Shown: piece by piece, positions 57,730 through 64,000 of the stretch
Layout of the letters: every line of letters begins with the position of its first letter
Position numbering within the stretch: position 1 is the stretch's first letter
Assembly: GCF_009914755.1 (NCBI RefSeq)
Contig: NC_060929.1
Source of the DNA: the human T2T-CHM13v2.0 reference genome, Homo sapiens
Reading direction: 5' to 3' (one strand)
DNA: 64,000 bases
Made by a program: the position numbers and the translations under genes
Notes under the pieces: model-generated
Database searches by the model: none
Seen by the model: only the letters and a program-made list of their open reading frames with translations
What the model was told of the DNA's origin: nothing

Positions 57730-60700
57730 ATTGAAATAGTAAGTTCCATCCCTTGACTCCTGAATCCATAAATCTAGGTAGAAATAGCACCATATATTGG
57801 TTGATAGTTCAGAAAATATACATCTTAGAGAACATTATCTCAGACTCCAAAGTGTTTTCATCCACCTGGTAGGAGACTAAACCTTTCTTAAAAAGACATA
57901 TCATTCTGTTAGGCCATCTGCTTCGGGGTGATGGGGAGCATGGTACTATGAGAGATTTACACAACAGTGAGCCCCTGTCCACACTTTATTTGCTGTCACA
58001 CAAGTTCCTTGAACAAAAACAATATTGTATGAAATGCCCTAACAGTGAGTGAGACATTTGTTTAGTCCACAGATGGTATTTTGGCAGAAGCATCACAAAC
58101 TGGGAAAGCAAATATATTTTCAGATCAACTGACTACTTCTGCAAGAACAAGCCATGGCCTCTTCTGTGATAGGAGTCTAATGTAATCAACCTACAACCAA
58201 GATGGTGTGTTGCTTCTCCCATAGAAGGGTACCATAATGTCTTCTCTGCTATTATTAGGTGGAACCCTCAGCAGTGACTGTAGATAGATTGACCTTGGTG
58301 AAAATAAGTTCATGTTGCTTAGCTCATGCATAATCTCCACTCCTGCCACCATTATCTCTTTATTTTTGAGGGTATTGGTCGAGGACAGAGGTGCATGGAA
58401 GAGACTGATGAACATTAAAAGAACATGTCATCTTATCCACCTGATGATTGATCAGTTTCTCCTGAGTATGCTGTTTGGTGAACATTCAAATGAAATATAA
58501 GTATATAAACAATTCAAGGAGTTCTATCCCCATTCTTTTTCCTCAGAACTTCATTATTACCAGTTTTTATCATGCTCCTTTCAAGTTCCTACCAAACCCA
58601 TTAGACACAGCCCATAAATTAGTGCATATCCATACTTCTGGCTGTTTTTTCTTCCAGTCAAAATAAACAGCCAGATGCACAGCTTGAATTCCTTCTGCGA
58701 GGATTTTTCTTACTAATCATTCAGGTCACCTCTGTGCAGGGTTGCAGAGCTACAGCTGTCTACTCCTGGTTATGCTAGCATATTGTGAAGAACCATTAGT
58801 AAACCAGGACCAAATGTTTTCTGTCTCAGTCAATTCGTTATAATAAATTCTCTATGAGGCTGTGTGGGTTGAGAGAGTGGAGGCAATGTAGCAGTAGTAG
58901 GACCCTTAACCATCAGATCCAATTATTCAAGGAACTTATGCCTTCAGCTTGTGCTCAAGACAAATCTTGTACCCTTGATGATGGAGTGATATTCTGCACA
59001 GGTAACCTGGGTGGTGTCAGACACCACCCAGGTTATAATGAGCAGCTCAAGTTACATGGGAATTTGGTGACCTGTGGTCAAGCATTAAACATTTACTAGC
59101 ATTTCAATGCAAACCAGAAATAGTTTTTCAAAACAGAAATAATTATTTGTAAAAAGGACACAGCTTTCTCCAAAGTTATTAAGACCTCACTGTGATTCAC
59201 CAATAGGATCCTGCCAGAAGCTCCATATAGGATCCTTATGTGCCACTGATTCTTTAAATACCATCATATCTGCTGTGCCATATTGCCTAAATAGCAGAGT
59301 AGCTTCTATTGCAACCTGAACTGATTATAGATTCTCTCCTTATTCTGTGCACTACATGAAACTGGAAGTCTTTGGGATTACTCAGTAATAATGTGTAAAG
59401 TAGCATTCTAAAATGAGTTATACATTGTCACAGCCCAAATGGGATGTGTGTCTCTTAGGAAGGGCTAGAGGCAGGAATTTGTCCTTTACTTAGAAGGGAT
59501 ATCTCAACATGTCACTGAATTCCTAGAAATTTTACCAAGCTGTGAAATTCCGGAAGTTTTTGAGGAATCATTCTCAAAGAGAACTGGCCTCCCCTTCATT
59601 CAGGGAGTTGTGGGTCTGAGAATCATCTCTCCAATGAAAACTGAAAAAGGGAATGCAATTATCTGGTATGGTGATTCATATCCAACTTGTGTTCACTAAG
59701 TATAGAGATATAATGGTTATATAAATCAAGAAACACTTTAGTAGAATGCCCACATATTTCAGTCCTAAGGACTCCCTGGTCAATTGGCCAATACCAAAAA
59801 TTTTTGCAGGTCAAACCGTTACTGTCTTAGTCTGTTTGGACTGCTATACCAAAGTACCTTAGACTGGCTAATTTATAAACAGAAATGTATTGCTCATGGT
59901 TCTGGTAGTTGGGAAGTCCAAGATCAAGCACCAGCAGATTTGGTGTCTGGCAAGGACATGTTCATCATAAATGGTGCCTTCGTTTTGTCCTGACATGGCA
60001 GAAGGGGTAAGGATGCTCGCTAAAGACTTTTGTAAGGGGTTACTTCCATTCATGAGAGCTCTGCCTTGTGATTTAATCACGTCCTTAAGGCTCTACCTCT
60101 TAGTGCTATCACTAAGTGGGTATTAAGTTTCAACACATTAATTTTGTGGGGGTGGCAGGGGGAACCAACATTCAGACCATAGCAGTTCCCTTTACTACAT
60201 TGAATCCGCTGCTCCTTATAATATCCATGCACGCATGGTCTTTGGAAGTTAAATCCTGTCACTTGGTTCCTGGCCATATGGAACTTATTATACTCATTAA
60301 ATTCTATAAGATCAGTTCTATGGCAGCATTTCCCAACGTTATTCCTGGCTTCCAGAGAATAGCCACTACAGAGTTCTTTAAGGATTCCAACGCTGCCTTC
60401 ACCACTGTATCTTTCAAAGCCTTGATTAGGGAATGCCCTCTGGGCCCTCTTGGGGAATATATTTAACAGGTGGATGAACATAACTATCTTATTAAAACCA
60501 ATCTTCCTAAATGTATACCTTTCTCTATACTACATTGTAGCAAAGAAGTCTGGCATCTCAACTTTGCTCAATATGAACCACTATTGGGCCCAGTTTTCAG
60601 TCAAACTGTTAGAATTACTCTCAGTCACATCAACTAACACGTTAAATCCAGAATCTCTACTTACCACACACATATCAAAAAAAATTCAAGCTAATCCAAG

Positions 60701-60860
60701 ATTGTATATCTTCCATCGTAATCTAACATCCATAAGAAACATCCCCACACAGTTTATATGACTTTGCAAAATCTCATAATTCTTTTAGAACCTTAAAGTA
60801 CAACCTCATCAGTCACAGTTTTTACCTGGTCCCCTTGGATCTTCCAGGACTTAAGTCTGA
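57730..60860 (-). mobile_element. Degraded ERVL internal region (pol/integrase)
   Basis: The reverse complement of ~57900-58350 follows ERVL integrase text (tggtggcagg..tggag.ttatgcatg.gct.agcaacatg; ggttgattacatt.gac). Confidence 0.7.
59823..60184 (-). mobile_element. MaLR solo LTR (MLT1A/MST-like) inserted in the ERVL
   Basis: TGTCTTAGTC...ACCATAGCA termini with TSD GTTAC/GTTCC. Confidence 0.8.
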
Positions 60861-60946
60861 GTATGGATTTAGAAGACATGACAGATAGGGAAAGGTCCTG
60901 AGGAAAATCAGCAGTACAATTAAAAAAGGTTTGCCGTGTTGAGGTG

Positions 60947-62272
60947 CCTCAACACAGTAAAGACTGTGTGTGTCAAACCCATAGTTAACATCATATTAAA
61001 CAGAGAAAAGCTGAAAACTTTTCATCTAAAAATGGTAACAATCAAGGAAGACTACACCACTCTTATTCAACATAGTGCTGAGAATCACAGCCAGAGAAAT
61101 TACAGAAGAGAAAGAAACAAAGGGCATGCAAATTAGAAAGGAAGAAGTAAAATTTGGCCCTGTTTGCAGAGGAGATGATCTTATGTATTAAAAAAACCTA
61201 AACACTCTTAGAACTGATAAACAAATTCAGTAAAATCTCAGGATACAAAATCAATATACAAAAATCAATAGTGCTTCTACATGCTAACAATGACAACCTG
61301 GAAAAGACATCAAGAAAGCAATCCCATTTACATTAGCTCCAAAAAATAAAAATAAAATAAAATACCTGGGAGTAAATTTAACCAATGAAGTAAACAATCT
61401 CTACACATAAAACAAACTATAAAACACTGATGAAAGAAATTGAATAAGACACATACAAATGGAAAGGCATCCCATGGCCATGAACTGGAAAAAAATAATC
61501 TTGTTAAAATGACCATACTCCCCCAAACAATCTACAGATTCAATGAAATCGTTATCAAAGTGGCAATGACAGTCTTCACAGAAATACAAAAGGCAATTCT
61601 AAAATTTGTATGAAACCATAAAAGGCTTCCATGCTTATTGCAGCACTATTTACAATAGTCAAGATATGGAATCAACCCAAGTATCTATCAACAGATGTAT
61701 ACATAAAGAAAATGTGGTATATATAGACAATGGAATACAGCTCAGCCATAAAAAAGAATAAAATCCTATCATTTGCAGCAACATAGATGAGCCTAGAGGA
61801 CATTATATTACATAAAATAAGCAAGAAACAGAAAGTTAAACACTACATGCCTCACTCAAATGCAGAAGCTAAAATATGTTGATCTCATAGAAGTAAAGAG
61901 TAGAACAGAGGTTGCCAGAGGCTGGGAATGGTAGGGGAAAAGGGGATAGAGAGAGATTTATTAAAGGAAGCAAAATTACAGCTAGATAGGAGGAATAACC
62001 TCTAGTGTTCTATATCACTGTAGGATGACCATAGTTAACATTAATATATATTTTCAAACAGCTAGAAGAAAAAGGATATTGAACATTCCCAACAGAAAGA
62101 AATGATCAGTGTTTGAGATACTGGATATGCTAATTACCTTGATCTGATAACTATACGTTGTAAGTACTGAAACATCACTATGTACCCCAAAAATATGTAA
62201 ATATGTGGCTATATATATATGTGTGTGTGTGTGTGTAACTATTATGTATCAATTTTTAAGATAAAAATATTT
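60947..62272 (+). mobile_element. L1MA with internal deletion
   Basis: ORF2 RT region up to ~61625, then an abrupt jump to the ORF2 end and 3'UTR. Confidence 0.85.
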
Positions 62273-62289
62273 AAAGGTTTTATTTCAGA

Positions 62290-63190
62290 GCAGTCACAGA
62301 AGCTTTTTCTGCTCCCAACTTAGACCTTGAACTTTAAATCTCATCTTATCATTTTCTTTCTCTAAGTTCTTCAGCACATTTAGAAGCAATGAATCAACTC
62401 CACAGTCATTATTCTCTTTGTTTCTGTGAAACGGTTCTAATGCAGCAGATACTTGGTAACTCTGCACATTGCCTCTGTAGCCACTTAGATTATACAGGCA
62501 CTAGGGGTGACTATAAGTGAGAATTTAAATAACTGTTGAATCACTGCATGCCATGGATGGCCAGGCTCCCACTTACCCCTGGTAATAGGGTCATTCATGT
62601 CTTTAAATCTAGTCAGATAAGAGAACCAGTTTCAAATTTTATTTTTAAAGTTCTATTCCCCGGAAACACTTCTGGCTGGTTCAGTCAGCAGAGCAGTTTC
62701 AGAGGGTTATAGGATAATGTAGTTGAGCTCACACAACTGTGAGAGGAGATGGGAAACTGAAGGGCTGTAAGAGGAGTTGGAGGATTAGGGGAGTCACCAG
62801 CCAATCAATCCAAGGAGCAGGCACAGCCAGCTAAGAAAAACTCTGAAAGGGTAGTCTGCAAGGAAATCTATGGGATATTGTTGCCTCTGTGCACTTTCCT
62901 TCTTTATAGGTTCACAGCCAACATCTGGTAGTGAATCTGACTTTTCTGTTGGTCAACAGGACCAACAGTTGGGAAGAAAAAACGGGTCTGGAGTTCAAGA
63001 GAGCAAAGTCAGGCTGCAGTCTGCCAGGCACATGCTGCATCTGTCTAAAAGAGACTTTCAGGTTAATGGATACTGTTTCAATTTTGCCTTCAGAATCTCA
63101 TGGAAGTCCCTCTTTTGGTCGATTCTCACCTAGAATCACACAGGGAAGGGGGACTCTGGGAAACATAATTGATTTTTTAACTATAGATTG
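62290..63190 (-). mobile_element. ERVL/MaLR 5' internal region plus old MLT-type LTR
   Basis: Leader/gag-like text up to ~62675, then LTR-like text ending gggaaggggactctgggaaacataatt. Boundaries are uncertain. Confidence 0.45.
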
Positions 63191-63299
63191 TTAATATGGC
63201 TTTAATTTTTAACTTTTCCCATTTTAGTTTTATAGCAGTTATACCTAAAGTGAAAAATACATGTTCATATGCACTCTCAAAATAACAGCAAACTTTTTT

Positions 63300-63435
63300 A
63301 GTGCTTAATATATGCTGAGCATTCTGTTGGCCACTATACATATTACATCTCACAGCAACCTTTAAGGTACCGTTAATATCTGTTTTTAGCTGAGGAAACC
63401 GAACCTCAGTGAGACTCAGAATGTTGCCCAAGAAC
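63300..63435 (-). mobile_element. MIR
   Basis: ctcacagcaacc...ctgaggaaaccga...ttgcccaag core. Confidence 0.7.
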
Positions 63436-63755
63436 ACAATTTAGTTGGATCTATAGAGGCTCCCTATTACATAAATACTGTGCATTCAATTATTCTAATT
63501 GCCACCCTTATTTACCAATTTTGAAAATATAAGAAATGCACAGGATTTATATAACCCAATCACAGTCTTTCCTTGTAATCAAAACTATGGAAATAATTTC
63601 TAAATTATCTCGGTTTGATGAACCTTGATGGCTCATCTGATCATTGAACAGGCACTGGAGCTGGAAATACTTTCAGATATTTCCACTGGCTTTCAGTGAT
63701 CTTGAAAGCTAGAAAGAAAAAAGAAAGAGAGAATAAAAGGGGAAAATGTGAATTA

Positions 63756-63826
63756 TTAGGCTGGTGCAAAAGTATTTGCAATTACTTTTAGTGGCAAAAA
63801 CCACAATTACTTTTGCACCAACCTAA
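63756..63826. mobile_element. MADE1 (Hsmar1 MITE)
   Basis: TTAGGCTGGTGCAAAAGTA...TACTTTTGCACCAACCTAA inverted ends, with TA on the left side. Confidence 0.9.
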
Positions 63827-64000
63827 CAACAGATAAACAGTTTTGCCTGATGAAGCTGTATTTAATTCTATTTTTCCAATTCTTATGGTTCAGAAACAAT
63901 TACTATGGATGCAAATCCATCCATGGGAAAATGGTACTGTAATTTTTTTAAATGCTGTAAAGAAAGAGCAAATGATTAGTTGCATGGTAAGAGTTGAGAG

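Noticed and set aside
60077-60761. Overlapping ORFs of 134, 116 and 103 aa
   Set aside because: They cross a MaLR LTR/ERVL boundary and show no recognisable intact domain.

Overview
Primate (very probably human) genomic DNA, AT-rich and repeat-dense. It holds the 3' end of ADAMTS19 on the + strand: six coding exons (end of spacer, four thrombospondin type-1 repeats, PLAC domain, stop at 55993-55995), a ~1.1 kb 3'UTR with AATAAA at 57089, and a 30.5 kb intron. Most ORFs in the supplied track are chance or repeat-derived. The rest is Alu, L1, L2, MIR, DNA transposons and LTR/ERV remnants; subfamily names come from remembered consensus sequences and need RepeatMasker confirmation. I found no clearly new biological system. 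The best leads are: (1) a sense THE1 LTR 52 nt upstream of an exon whose donor would splice in frame to it, (2) a candidate 120-nt poison exon, (3) a perfect 38-bp inverted repeat inside an L2, (4) a MER41B LTR with an intact GAS site and a 100-bp twin-primed L1, (5) a triple-nested LTR stack and (6) a consensus-like AluYb8.
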